From an uncultured virus (IMG/VR IMGVR_UViG_3300043468_001049) (Duplodnaviria > Heunggongvirae > Uroviricota > Caudoviricetes), in the IMG/VR virus record IMGVR_UViG_3300043468_001049: a DNA stretch of 64,000 bases, one strand, 5' to 3'. Numbering within the stretch: the first letter of the stretch is position 1; the number at the start of each line of letters is the position of its first letter. The notes beneath the pieces were generated by a model, which was not told the origin of the DNA, did not search any database, and saw nothing but the letters and a program-made list of their open reading frames with translations. A program made the translations under genes and the position numbers. Shown here piece after piece: positions 40,201-49,041 of this stretch.

Positions 40201-40949
40201 TGGCTTATACAACTGGTGGTGCATCTACAGTCAAAGAATTAATTATCGATAATAACTCATTTATTGATAATCGTGCTTCGCCACAAATGCAATATGGGAT
40301 TAGATTATCTGGTGATTGGACAGTTAATAATCTTTGGAGAGATGGGAACAAATACTATGGATCAACAGTAGCAGATTTTGATTCAACTGGAGCGGTTATC
40401 ACAAATACACGATCTGCAGATGGCGGTGGTGCAACTGGTCCGCAAGGCGCACAAGGTCCATCTGGTCCAACTGGTGCACAAGGCTCACAAGGACCAAGTG
40501 GACCAACATCAGGTGCTTCAAGCATCACGAATTTCACACCAACTTGGTATAATCAAGAATTTGGTTCTCCGCAAACAGCTGTAACGATTGGAAACGGAAA
40601 CAACGTTGGGTATTATAGTTTGAATGGAAATGAAGTTACAGTTGTCGCAACATTATTGTTGGGAAGTACAACAAGTATTGCCACCAAATCAACATCAGGA
40701 TATGTATATCTTGCATTACCCTTTGCCTCTGCTTATGCAGGATTAAGTTATAATGGTGTCTGGAGAATTTACGACGATAGTGTCGCTAAATTTTATAGTG
40801 GATCTGCGTTTGTCGATGGTGGTGGTAGTACTGTCTCTTTGGCTGTTGATAATGGTTTGTTCGTTCGAAATGCTGCAGGTTCTGAGAATCCTGTAAATTT
40901 TGCTGCGGGAGACGCATTGTCCGTGCAATTAACATATTTCAAGACATAA
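37260..40949 (+). CDS. collagen-like tail fibre/spike with pectin-lyase-like beta-helix domain
   Basis: long G-P-S/G-P-Q triplet runs; [16 protein letters not shown] tailspike neck; AAIDAA...LFIPAG.Y; Asn-ladder repeats. Confidence 0.85.
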   Translation: MSNLLTINTKGILFPDGSFLDTAQVGSNLNVAANGSSIEFTKFLNFINTDTVTVSVTPNTGNPGYTNVAFTSTGGGGGGVSGPSGPSGPSGPSGPSGAASTVSGPQGAQGPSGPSGAQGAASTVSGPQGAQGPSGPSGAQGAASTVSGPSGPQGTSGPSGAASNVSGPQGSQGVSGPSGPSGPSGAASTVSGPSGPRGITGPSGAQGVSGPQGTGPSGPQGTQGVSGPSGPQGDPGGPSGPSGPQGPQGPPNGPSGPSGPQGPSGPTGDKYSTSSTSTFTIAQNINITITVGTGLSWTPGRGALIRHDGFNFIYGSVEAYNPATGEFTFFSDPILDSAAGVGNSFSSWKVDVAIIFSTVEGPTGPSGAASTISGPTGPSGPSGPSGAASTVSGPSGPSGPRGASGPSGPSGPQGPNDAASINYIQDGTGAVSRTVQAGLRDRISVFDFMTTAEITDVENRSFTLDVTSKIKAAIDAASAQRKDLFIPAGLYKIVPATASEWAGGAADSGPVYVAFTIQNNMSIVAEEGAVFKLADNFSVVGAVKAHAMFFTNVPTANVSFYGLTMDMNGNNNDGIAPFPGDNNPQIFISGKTPRYSIPSRRATSTSTNTIGTGSKSFTIETGKSFSVGEDIGMLVASGTGASLWSMHGTVTSYNSGSGALVVNVTQTSIYGVGQSVGGSSGGAPRWAIGDGIGAYIDDVVIEKCIFLNNMGKTVLGCAQLDGATKIKLGKNWKVLNCTFKNNGKRAADHSTFYGMVDDLTVEGCSFTADSMFPNGSTGPYADGGGTITCGTLVAIETHGSNHRYSNNLFENYYQGFWIASNGAFEANNIVIAQNNFKVLTYGMGSYRREGGPTIIRNVNISDNTFIYDNTSSADGVPKVGVLIAEDEEIEDWSICNNIARKEVPAGQSNYQSYFIGIFTARVSGVMDRIVIDGNYCTGFARGIVLYSAVSGKSLGTIRITNNTILNPNTTSSFPSGAYGILAYTTGGASTVKELIIDNNSFIDNRASPQMQYGIRLSGDWTVNNLWRDGNKYYGSTVADFDSTGAVITNTRSADGGGATGPQGAQGPSGPTGAQGSQGPSGPTSGASSITNFTPTWYNQEFGSPQTAVTIGNGNNVGYYSLNGNEVTVVATLLLGSTTSIATKSTSGYVYLALPFASAYAGLSYNGVWRIYDDSVAKFYSGSAFVDGGGSTVSLAVDNGLFVRNAAGSENPVNFAAGDALSVQLTYFKT
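37495..38505 (+). repeat. collagen Gly-X-Y coding repeats (two blocks; a third near 40430-40510)
   Basis: ggtccatct/ggtccatca/ggtccacaa tandem units; identical 47-nt copies at 37794-37840 and 38397-38443. Confidence 0.9.
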
Positions 40950-40954
40950 TCAAC

Positions 40955-41010
40955 TTGATTTTGGCGTAAATTTAACGTAGAATATAGGGATGTTTCGATC
41001 CTTATAAATA
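40955..41010 (+). promoter_or_regulatory. tandem sigma70-type and T4 late promoters
   Basis: TTGATT(40955)-17 nt-TAGAAT(40978) and TATAAATA(41003). Confidence 0.6.
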
Positions 41011-41033
41011 TAAAAAAGATTTTTGGGATTACT

Positions 41034-42203
41034 ATGTCAGATTTAAATAAAACTTGGCTCCCTGGACCTTCGAGAGGAACGACTACCGTAACCTCTCCAG
41101 GAAACGTTACAATCCCATATGGTCGTTTTGTTGGTACAGTTTCAGGAAAGGGTGCTCCTGGAAACTCTCCAGTAACAGCAGGTTGGGTGACAAACTATAA
41201 CACCAATTATAATGTTGCGTATCCAATCGCCAATCAGCCGATCGCAAATCAGCCACTGGCGAATCAGCCAGCAACTGCTTGGACAACCAATTACAATACA
41301 AACTATAACACCAATTATAATGTTGCGTACCCAATCGCGAATCAACCAATCGCCAATCGTCCAATCGCAAATCAACCAGCAACTGCTTGGACAACAAACT
41401 ACAATACCAATTATAATACGAACTATTTCGTAACATATCCATTTGCTGGATTCGGTTTTGGACACTTCTCGTTTGGTGGAAATAATCCAGGTGTTTATTT
41501 CGTGAACTCTTATCGATATTGGACTTACGGTATCTATCAAAACCAAGCTGGTCCTCCAGGATATGTTCAAAGTACCAGTTACAACTTCGACGACTCTCAA
41601 TGTCCATCGCACTTTGCATTCGATCAAACAAATCCATTACAATATCAGTGGCACTGGGTTTACTTTCAATGCTGGCATCAATTTGCACCAGGAAATGCAT
41701 TCTTTTTCACAAATTACAATACAGAATATAACGTCGCATATCCTGTTGCAAATCAACCAGTGGCAAATCAACCAATTGCAAACCAGCCTATAACTGCTTG
41801 GACGACAAACTATAATACCAATTATAATACGAACTACAACGTTGCTTATCCAATTGCCAACCAACCAATCGCAACTCAGCCACTGGCGAATCAACCAATA
41901 ACTGCTTGGACGACAAACTATAATACAAATTATAATACCAACTACAATGTCGCGTATCCAATTGCGAATCAACCAATTGCAAATCAACCAGCCACAGGAT
42001 TTACTCCTGGAAACATTGGTGCTTCTGCTTCTGCTCTTGGTGTGACATTACCTGGCGGTGCAGTTGGTAATGTGATTGATGGTGGTCCAATTCCAGCGAC
42101 ACCAATTTCACCAACAACAGTAAGTTACTGGACTTACCCAGATAATTCAACATATCCTGTTACAGCCCCTTCTGGATCGGAAGTCGTAATTAAACTTGAA
42201 TAA
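41034..42203 (+). CDS. repeat protein (TNYN / PIANQ blocks flanking an aromatic-rich core), candidate virion adhesin
   Basis: repeat structure seen directly; late promoter; located in the fibre region. Confidence 0.7.
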   Translation: MSDLNKTWLPGPSRGTTTVTSPGNVTIPYGRFVGTVSGKGAPGNSPVTAGWVTNYNTNYNVAYPIANQPIANQPLANQPATAWTTNYNTNYNTNYNVAYPIANQPIANRPIANQPATAWTTNYNTNYNTNYFVTYPFAGFGFGHFSFGGNNPGVYFVNSYRYWTYGIYQNQAGPPGYVQSTSYNFDDSQCPSHFAFDQTNPLQYQWHWVYFQCWHQFAPGNAFFFTNYNTEYNVAYPVANQPVANQPIANQPITAWTTNYNTNYNTNYNVAYPIANQPIATQPLANQPITAWTTNYNTNYNTNYNVAYPIANQPIANQPATGFTPGNIGASASALGVTLPGGAVGNVIDGGPIPATPISPTTVSYWTYPDNSTYPVTAPSGSEVVIKLE

Positions 42204-42218
42204 TTAATTGAGAGTGGA

Positions 42219-42818
42219 GTGAATATTATGTTTAAGATTGATAAATTCAAAAGACAGTTTCCTAAATTCTGTCATGTTGAACAAGTCTTTTCTAAAGAAG
42301 AAGTAAAAAGAATTTATGATTTGGAAGATTTAGAAAAATTCCGAAGAGGAATGGTTGGATCTAATAATTCTGAAGGTGAGGTTAAACTCGAATCTCGAGA
42401 TTCTGAGATTATGTGGGTTAATCCTAATCATGAATCAGGTTGGATCTTTGATCGTTTTGCTCAAGTCTTAGCAAACGTGAACTATGATTTCTTCAATAGT
42501 AATATTAATCATATGGGTCCATTTCAATATACTCTTTATCGCGAAAATCAATATTATAACTGGCATGTTGATTCAGATTCCATGTATGCTGATTTAACTC
42601 GAAAAATTAGTGCAACAATTATGTTATCTGATGCTTCTGATTATGTTGGTGGTGAGTTCGAATTGATTGCAAATGGTAATGTGGAACAGCCAATAATGCT
42701 TCGACCAAATGCAGGTGATATTATTTTCTTCGCCTCTCACATGCCTCATCGTGTTCGAGCAGTTACACAAGGTGTGCGGAAATCGCTAGTGAATTGGATA
42801 TATGGACCATGGGATTAA
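42219..42818 (+). CDS. 2OG-Fe(II) oxygenase, prolyl-hydroxylase-like
   Basis: QYT.Y....YY.WHVD, RKIS..I.LS....Y.GGE, FF.S..PHRV..VT.G.RKSLV.W. Confidence 0.9.
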   Translation: MNIMFKIDKFKRQFPKFCHVEQVFSKEEVKRIYDLEDLEKFRRGMVGSNNSEGEVKLESRDSEIMWVNPNHESGWIFDRFAQVLANVNYDFFNSNINHMGPFQYTLYRENQYYNWHVDSDSMYADLTRKISATIMLSDASDYVGGEFELIANGNVEQPIMLRPNAGDIIFFASHMPHRVRAVTQGVRKSLVNWIYGPWD

Positions 42819-42828
42819 TGGATAAATT

Positions 42829-43575
42829 ATGGATCTCTCAAAGTTCACAAAACTCAAGTTTTGGTCAAATAACATCATTGAATTTTATTGTAGAAAAGAA
42901 TTCGAAGGTGTAATTCCTGAACCAAAACCAGCAGCGAAATACTTTCCAGAATGGTTTAAAAATCTAGAACCATACATTGCTGCTAGAGATAAAAGCAGTG
43001 GTGATAAAAGAATCATGACTGCGAAAAGATGTCTGCCTCTCATCGATGCAATGTCATTGGGTTTTGTTATCCCTCTTGCTGCTGATTGCCACGTTTTAAC
43101 AAATCATGACAATTCTCAAATACTTTTTAATGGATTGGCTGGATCATTCCCAATTATTGAATCTCATGATAAGCGACAAGTCGGAGGTCACAGCACAATT
43201 AAAAGAAATAATGGAGATGCTCTTAAATTCCTAAATTATTGGGTTGTGAAAACTGCTCCAGGATGGTCAAGCCTTTTTATTCCTCCGATTAATAATTTCT
43301 CACAGCCGTTTACCTGTTTAGGTGGAATGGTTGATACTGACAAATATACAAAAGAAGTGAATTTTCCAGCAGTTTGGCATGCTCATAATTTTGATGGAAT
43401 GATTTATGCAGGAACACCGCTTATTACTGTAATACCAATTAAAAGAAATATTTTTGATAAGAAACCTGTTATTCGAAAAATGACTAAAAAAGAACAAGAA
43501 ACTCATAATCAAATGAATCGAATTCAAAATAGTCGTCTTAGTTATTATACAAATGAGTTGAGGGTTAAGAAATGA
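42829..43575 (+). CDS. conserved phage hypothetical protein
   Basis: P.PA....PEWFK, T.KRC.P..DAM..G, W..KT.PG.S.LF..P, G.VDTD, GTPL...IP. Confidence 0.7.
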   Translation: MDLSKFTKLKFWSNNIIEFYCRKEFEGVIPEPKPAAKYFPEWFKNLEPYIAARDKSSGDKRIMTAKRCLPLIDAMSLGFVIPLAADCHVLTNHDNSQILFNGLAGSFPIIESHDKRQVGGHSTIKRNNGDALKFLNYWVVKTAPGWSSLFIPPINNFSQPFTCLGGMVDTDKYTKEVNFPAVWHAHNFDGMIYAGTPLITVIPIKRNIFDKKPVIRKMTKKEQETHNQMNRIQNSRLSYYTNELRVKK

Positions 43576-44357
43576 GATTTATTAAGTATTTTATGGGTGA
43601 TAATAATGACATTTTGGACAATGGCATTCATCCAAAAAAAGACGATATTGAGTTTATCTGTTTCATGGGTCAGGCTGCGTCTCATGAACAAACTCGAGTT
43701 AAACTTGCAAAAGAAGTCGACACAAAATTTAAAAAGTATCAAGTCGAAAAGCATGGATCGTACACCTTTGCTCAATGTCCAGGAATGTTAGATTATTCCC
43801 GTCTAGGATATATCATTCCAGCATGGACCAACTTTGAGTTCATGTACAACTCTGCAGGTGTAGAGATATTTGATGGAACAATCGATTCTAGAGTTCGCTC
43901 TAAAATTCCATTAAGAGGATTCGATCCAACTATTTTCGATGGCGCAATTAAAAACGACGATGGATCTAAAACTGAAATCTATAACATTCAAGCACCTTGG
44001 CATATTCGATGCAAGCCTGGAGTCCATATGATGATTATGCCTGCATTCTATCATAGCAATATTCTAGATGATTTTCATATCCTTCCAGGTGTTATTGATT
44101 ATGGTAGCGGATTTCATACGATTAATTTCTTAACTGGACCAAAGAGATATGGTCAGTTTAAGATTATGATGGGCGAGCCTCTATTCCACATCATTCCTCT
44201 CAAGAATGTCCCATTCACTGCTTCTTATGGACTTGTTGATAATTATAAAAATGTCTATAAAGAAGATGAGTTTTTTGGTAAAATTAAGAGTTTCTATAGA
44301 AAATTTTATTGCGGAAAGAGAAAATTCTCCTTACGAAAGGAGATGGGAGATAAATGA
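43572..44357 (+). CDS. conserved phage hypothetical protein, paralog of 42829..43575
   Basis: CPG..DY...GYIIPAW, PW....KPG, PG..D, GEPL..IIP align with the previous gene. Confidence 0.7.
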   Translation: MRFIKYFMGDNNDILDNGIHPKKDDIEFICFMGQAASHEQTRVKLAKEVDTKFKKYQVEKHGSYTFAQCPGMLDYSRLGYIIPAWTNFEFMYNSAGVEIFDGTIDSRVRSKIPLRGFDPTIFDGAIKNDDGSKTEIYNIQAPWHIRCKPGVHMMIMPAFYHSNILDDFHILPGVIDYGSGFHTINFLTGPKRYGQFKIMMGEPLFHIIPLKNVPFTASYGLVDNYKNVYKEDEFFGKIKSFYRKFYCGKRKFSLRKEMGDK

Positions 44358-45337
44358 AAACTATTTTCGTAAGCATTGCTTCATATAGAGATAAACTTCT
44401 TTTAGCAACTCTGAACTCATTAAGGCAAAATGAGTCTGGTCGAAATAAGATCGTTTATGGTGTTTTCGAACAGACCAAAAAAGAAGACAGTTTAGAGACA
44501 AAAGCACCAGAGTTGCTAGACAATGCTGCGATTCGATACAAAAGAATAGACCCAGAATATGCTGATGGAGTCGTCTGGGCTCGAGCAATCAACGCCATGC
44601 AGCACTATGATGAAGAGTTTTTCTATCAGATCGACTCTCATATGCTCTTTGATAAAGACTGGGATAACACTCTTTTGTGGGACTATCAACAAGCATCTAG
44701 GCTTGCAAATAACCCTAAAGTTATTTTAACAACAGGCACGAAGAATTTCGAGTATTTCTCAAATTATATCACAAAACATACACTAACTCGTGATATAACA
44801 GTGAATTTTAAGTATTGGCAATTTGATAAGGAATTATGTCTAAAGGTTCATGGTCCTTGGATTGCCGCGACTGATACTGTTGTTCCTGGAATCCATACGA
44901 TCGCAGGTAACTTTTTCGCACCTGCTACCTGGATTAAAGATGTCGGATTCAACACTAGATTGTTTTTTGAGTATGAAGAACAATATATGTCTCTTACATC
45001 CATATTGGCTGGATATAAAATCTATCATCAGAGAAAGATCCAATGCTATCATTATCTGGATTCTGCGAAATCAACAACTCGCCAAGAGAACGATCCAGTT
45101 CGTCCGTCGAAGATCTTTGACAATAAGAAGCGAGAGAAGGAGGAATTTATCAATTATATATACTCTTTAGGTGAGGAGAAACTTGAAGAATATCGAAGAT
45201 TGACAGGAGTTGATTATATAAATAGAAAATTAGAAGAGCGCGCAATCACCAGAACCGTTCCTCCAACAATTCCTGTTGATTGGGAATTGCCTCAACCACC
45301 AGAACCAGCAAAAGACGAAGAGAAAAATGAGCCTTGA
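44354..45337 (+). CDS. GT60-like GlcNAc transferase (Skp1-hydroxyproline/polypeptide GlcNAc-T family)
   Basis: TIFVSIASYRD, G..EQ, GV.WAR, E...QIDSHM.F...WD, AGNFF, F..EE. Confidence 0.82.
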   Translation: MKTIFVSIASYRDKLLLATLNSLRQNESGRNKIVYGVFEQTKKEDSLETKAPELLDNAAIRYKRIDPEYADGVVWARAINAMQHYDEEFFYQIDSHMLFDKDWDNTLLWDYQQASRLANNPKVILTTGTKNFEYFSNYITKHTLTRDITVNFKYWQFDKELCLKVHGPWIAATDTVVPGIHTIAGNFFAPATWIKDVGFNTRLFFEYEEQYMSLTSILAGYKIYHQRKIQCYHYLDSAKSTTRQENDPVRPSKIFDNKKREKEEFINYIYSLGEEKLEEYRRLTGVDYINRKLEERAITRTVPPTIPVDWELPQPPEPAKDEEKNEP

Positions 45338-46013
45338 AAATGATTTTAAAGAAGTATTTTCATATTCAATGCATGCTGGTGGTGGGACCAATCTAAATTT
45401 CGATGACATTGATAAAAATCTCTATAATACTCGAAAAATTGATCGATACTTTCTAGAAGGTATCAAGATCGACCCAAAGATCCACTCTACTCAAATGTTT
45501 TTAGCCAATAGTTTTTATTTTCTAGTGGCTGGAGAGATTGATATTAAATATCAAGACGGATCCGACGATCGCGTTTCTGGTTCTTATTATAATTCGAATG
45601 ATTGGGTTTCCTATAAAAAATTCTGGACTGAGAATAAGCCATGTAAGATTATTCCTTCTCAGAATGCATGTTTATATAAAATTCAGAGAATAAAAGAAAT
45701 ACAGAATGATTCGCCTCTCAACGATCTATCAAACTTAAATGTGATAGTTAAAAAAGTGAGTGCAGATAACGTTTCTTTCACTACAACAGGTAATAGCATT
45801 CTTCTAGTGTTTAATGCTAGCATGGAAGAATTTACTTTAAGAAATGAAACAATTGTGTTTAATACCTCAACTGAATCTGATTATTGCGAAATTCTTATTG
45901 ACAAGAATCCGCAGTTTATAAAATTTAAAAATTATTATAGATTCTCAGTTAACGGAAATTGCACATTTTCTACTGCAAACTCTTGTCATTTAGTTTTGTT
46001 GACACCAAAGTAA
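45327..46013 (+). CDS. hypothetical protein, possibly cupin-like
   Basis: ATG 45327 overlaps the previous gene end; FYFLVAGEIDI segment. Confidence 0.55.
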   Translation: MSLENDFKEVFSYSMHAGGGTNLNFDDIDKNLYNTRKIDRYFLEGIKIDPKIHSTQMFLANSFYFLVAGEIDIKYQDGSDDRVSGSYYNSNDWVSYKKFWTENKPCKIIPSQNACLYKIQRIKEIQNDSPLNDLSNLNVIVKKVSADNVSFTTTGNSILLVFNASMEEFTLRNETIVFNTSTESDYCEILIDKNPQFIKFKNYYRFSVNGNCTFSTANSCHLVLLTPK

Positions 46014-46029
46014 AGAATAGGAAAATAGC

Positions 46030-46368
46030 ATGGCAAGTCAAGTAGAATTATTTTGCGATCAAGGATCTACATTTTCCTACACGATAGATATTGCAAATGA
46101 CGACGGCACAAAAATTAATGTTGCTGGATATTCATTCTCATCATCTATTCGTAAATCATATTATTCAAATAAAGTTGCTGCGAATTTAACCGTGGCAACT
46201 ACAGACGCCGCAAACGGAAACGTTGCATTATCTATGAATGCAGCAACTACAGCAAACATTAAAGCTGGCAGATATCTTTATGACGTTAGAATGGTAGACA
46301 CATCAAATGTTGTTACACGTGTGATTGAAGGAGTCATTACTGTCTACCCACAAGTAACAAAGTCATAA
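46030..46368 (+). CDS. small virion structural protein
   Basis: DQGSTF, IRKSY, T..IKAGRY.YDV, RVIEG..TV.P.VT, typical of T4-like fibre-associated proteins. Confidence 0.8.
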   Translation: MASQVELFCDQGSTFSYTIDIANDDGTKINVAGYSFSSSIRKSYYSNKVAANLTVATTDAANGNVALSMNAATTANIKAGRYLYDVRMVDTSNVVTRVIEGVITVYPQVTKS

Positions 46369-46372
46369 AGAA

Positions 46373-48982
46373 ATGAAGGTAACGGTTGGATCAAATAGTA
46401 ATACATCATTCCAACCAGCAACAGACAGAGGTTCTGGTGCTGCCATAACTGTCAATCCACCTGCAGGTTCTACTGTTAAAATCTCAACAGTTGGTGGTGC
46501 TGGCACAGGACCTGCATACGATCAAGCAAACATTGCTAGATCTACTGCGAATAGTGCTTATGGACAAGCCAACGCTGCATACAATGCGGCAAATAGCGCC
46601 AAAGTCACGGTGTATGCAAATAGTGGTGCAGCCAACGCAACCACACAAAATATTAATTTTGTAAACACATCGTCGATTCTTGTCACAGTTGCAAATACAA
46701 ACGGAAATGCAAATATTTCGTTTGCAGTCACTGGTGCTGCTGCTGGTGATGCGTATGATCAAGCAAATGCGGCAAGAGACCAAGCAAATACAGCACTTAA
46801 TGTTGCTAATGGCGCATATAGTCAAGCCAACGGAGCATATGCCCAAGCAAATGGTGCTTACTCGCAAGCAAACGGAGCATATAATCAGGCTAATGGTGCA
46901 TATGCTCAAGCCAATGGTGCATATGCTCAGGCTAATGGAGCATACTCTCAAGCAAATAGTGCTTACAATCAAGCCAATGATGCATACAGTCAAGCGAATG
47001 CTGGATATGCAACTGCTAATGCGGCTTATGCGACAGCAAACACTAAATTAAGTTTATCTGGTGGTACAATTACAGGACCAATTAGTGGATTAGGAAATTC
47101 TAAACTAGACCTTACTACTTTCGGAGCCAACACCGCATATCTAACAACTACTGATAATGATTCTACTGCATTGTTTATGGGAGCGGTGTCTGCTGAGTTA
47201 TACGCTAATACATATGTTCAAATTAGAGCCAATACTGGAGGAGCATCACAAAACTGGACATTTGGTGCAGATGGTACATTAACATTTCCAGACACAACAG
47301 TACAAACTACAGCCTTTACAACCGAATTAACTAATGCAATCTCAAATACGGTATCAACTGTATCGACAATTGCAAATGCCGCATACGATAAAGCAAACAC
47401 TGCACTAGATATCGCGAACGGCGCATATGGTCAAGCCAACGTTGCGCGCACTACTGCAAACGATGCATATGATCAAGCGAATACCGCTAGAAACACTTCC
47501 AACAGCGCATATCTACAAGCAAATAATGCTTATGATACAGCCAATTTAAAACTTAATATTTCTGGTGGAACCATTAATGGTTCATTGAATATCAGTGGAA
47601 ATTTATTTGTTAGTGGCAACACATCATATATTAATGTTTCAACATTTGTTGTTGATGATGCATTAATTTATCTCGGCGCAAATAATACTCTTAGCGATGT
47701 TGTTGACATAGGATTTATTGGTGCGAAAAACAGTGGTCCATCAGTAACTCATACTGGTCTTGTTCGTGATGCTGGAGATGGTACTTGGTATTTGTTCGAT
47801 AATTTGCCAGATTCAGGTCATCAAAATAACGTAGTTGATTTTGCAAACACCACGCTTGCAACACTTCGAGCAAATATCGCTGCAAATAGTATTCTTTTAG
47901 TTGGAAACGTCGTTGCTACTCAAGCCAACTTAACTCTTGCGTTCAATCAAGCAAACACGGCGAGAACAACTGCCAACGATGCATATGGACAAGCCAATTC
48001 TGCTAGAGACCAAGCGAACACCGCTAGAGATCAAGCCAATACCGCCAGAAATCAAGCAAATTCAGCCTACGCAGATTCTAATACTCGAGTCTTAAAATCT
48101 GGCGATACAATGACAGGTCAATTGAACATCAGTTCAGGTGGCTTGATTGTTACTGGTAATATTACCACAACAGGAGCAAGTGGTGATATTAGTGGCGTTA
48201 ATACAATATATGCTGGAACTTTCTCAACAACTGCTGGGTTGAATGTAACTGCTCAAGCAGCAAATGCATACGATCAGGCAAATAATGCCAGAAATCAAGC
48301 GAACACAGCTCGCGATCAAGCGAATACCGCCAGAACAACGGCGAATGATTCTTATGGCGCAGCAAATACAGCAAACACTAATGCATTAAATGCTTATGCT
48401 CAAGCCAATGCCGCTTATGATGCAGCCAATAATGCTAAAATAACGGTATTCCAGAACAATGCTTCAGGAATAACCACTCAAAATCTAAATTTTGTCAATA
48501 CATCAACTGTAACTGTAAGTGTTCAGAATAGTAGTGGAAACGCAAATATATCATTCACCTCTATCGGTGGTGTTCAAGATTATTCTTATAATACGACTTC
48601 AACCTCTACCGAAACTGTAGATTCGTGGTCAACTACAGCCTTCCGAAGCGGTAAGTATCAAATTCAAGTCTCCAGCTCTGTGGGTTATTTGACTTGCGAG
48701 ATCGCTCTGCTTCATGCAGGAAATGTCACAAACATGTTACAGTATGGAAACGTTTCTATTGGTGCACCAGTTGGCGTATTCACATCGGATGTAAATAACG
48801 GTAATGTTCGTCTTCGATTTGCAGCAACCGACATTACGACAAGAATTAGATACTTCAGATCATTGTTAATTAATGATTCTGGATTCGACCCAGAAGTTCT
48901 CCCAACAGATCTCATGACTGGTATCGACACATACGATCTGATGGAAGTTCTCTACCTCATACCGACAGATCTAAATGCATAG
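46373..48982 (+). CDS. modular fibre protein with ANxAxxQ heptads
   Basis: heptad runs separated by KL..SGGTI.G and VLKSGDTMTG necks; C-terminal D.W....FRSGKY.IQ domain. Confidence 0.8.
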   Translation: MKVTVGSNSNTSFQPATDRGSGAAITVNPPAGSTVKISTVGGAGTGPAYDQANIARSTANSAYGQANAAYNAANSAKVTVYANSGAANATTQNINFVNTSSILVTVANTNGNANISFAVTGAAAGDAYDQANAARDQANTALNVANGAYSQANGAYAQANGAYSQANGAYNQANGAYAQANGAYAQANGAYSQANSAYNQANDAYSQANAGYATANAAYATANTKLSLSGGTITGPISGLGNSKLDLTTFGANTAYLTTTDNDSTALFMGAVSAELYANTYVQIRANTGGASQNWTFGADGTLTFPDTTVQTTAFTTELTNAISNTVSTVSTIANAAYDKANTALDIANGAYGQANVARTTANDAYDQANTARNTSNSAYLQANNAYDTANLKLNISGGTINGSLNISGNLFVSGNTSYINVSTFVVDDALIYLGANNTLSDVVDIGFIGAKNSGPSVTHTGLVRDAGDGTWYLFDNLPDSGHQNNVVDFANTTLATLRANIAANSILLVGNVVATQANLTLAFNQANTARTTANDAYGQANSARDQANTARDQANTARNQANSAYADSNTRVLKSGDTMTGQLNISSGGLIVTGNITTTGASGDISGVNTIYAGTFSTTAGLNVTAQAANAYDQANNARNQANTARDQANTARTTANDSYGAANTANTNALNAYAQANAAYDAANNAKITVFQNNASGITTQNLNFVNTSTVTVSVQNSSGNANISFTSIGGVQDYSYNTTSTSTETVDSWSTTAFRSGKYQIQVSSSVGYLTCEIALLHAGNVTNMLQYGNVSIGAPVGVFTSDVNNGNVRLRFAATDITTRIRYFRSLLINDSGFDPEVLPTDLMTGIDTYDLMEVLYLIPTDLNA

Positions 48983-48996
48983 GTCTTATAGGATTT

Positions 48997-49004
48997 TATA
49001 AATA
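48997..49004 (+). promoter_or_regulatory. T4-type late promoter
   Basis: TATAAATA upstream of ATG 49042. Confidence 0.7.
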
Positions 49005-49041
49005 TATCGTTGATTAAAACTAGAATTTAAGAGTACTCTAA

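Noticed and set aside
41190..41990. CRISPR array or DGR template/variable repeats
   Set aside because: The repeats are in-frame and vary mostly at synonymous positions; there are no unique spacers and no reverse transcriptase or cas gene in the window
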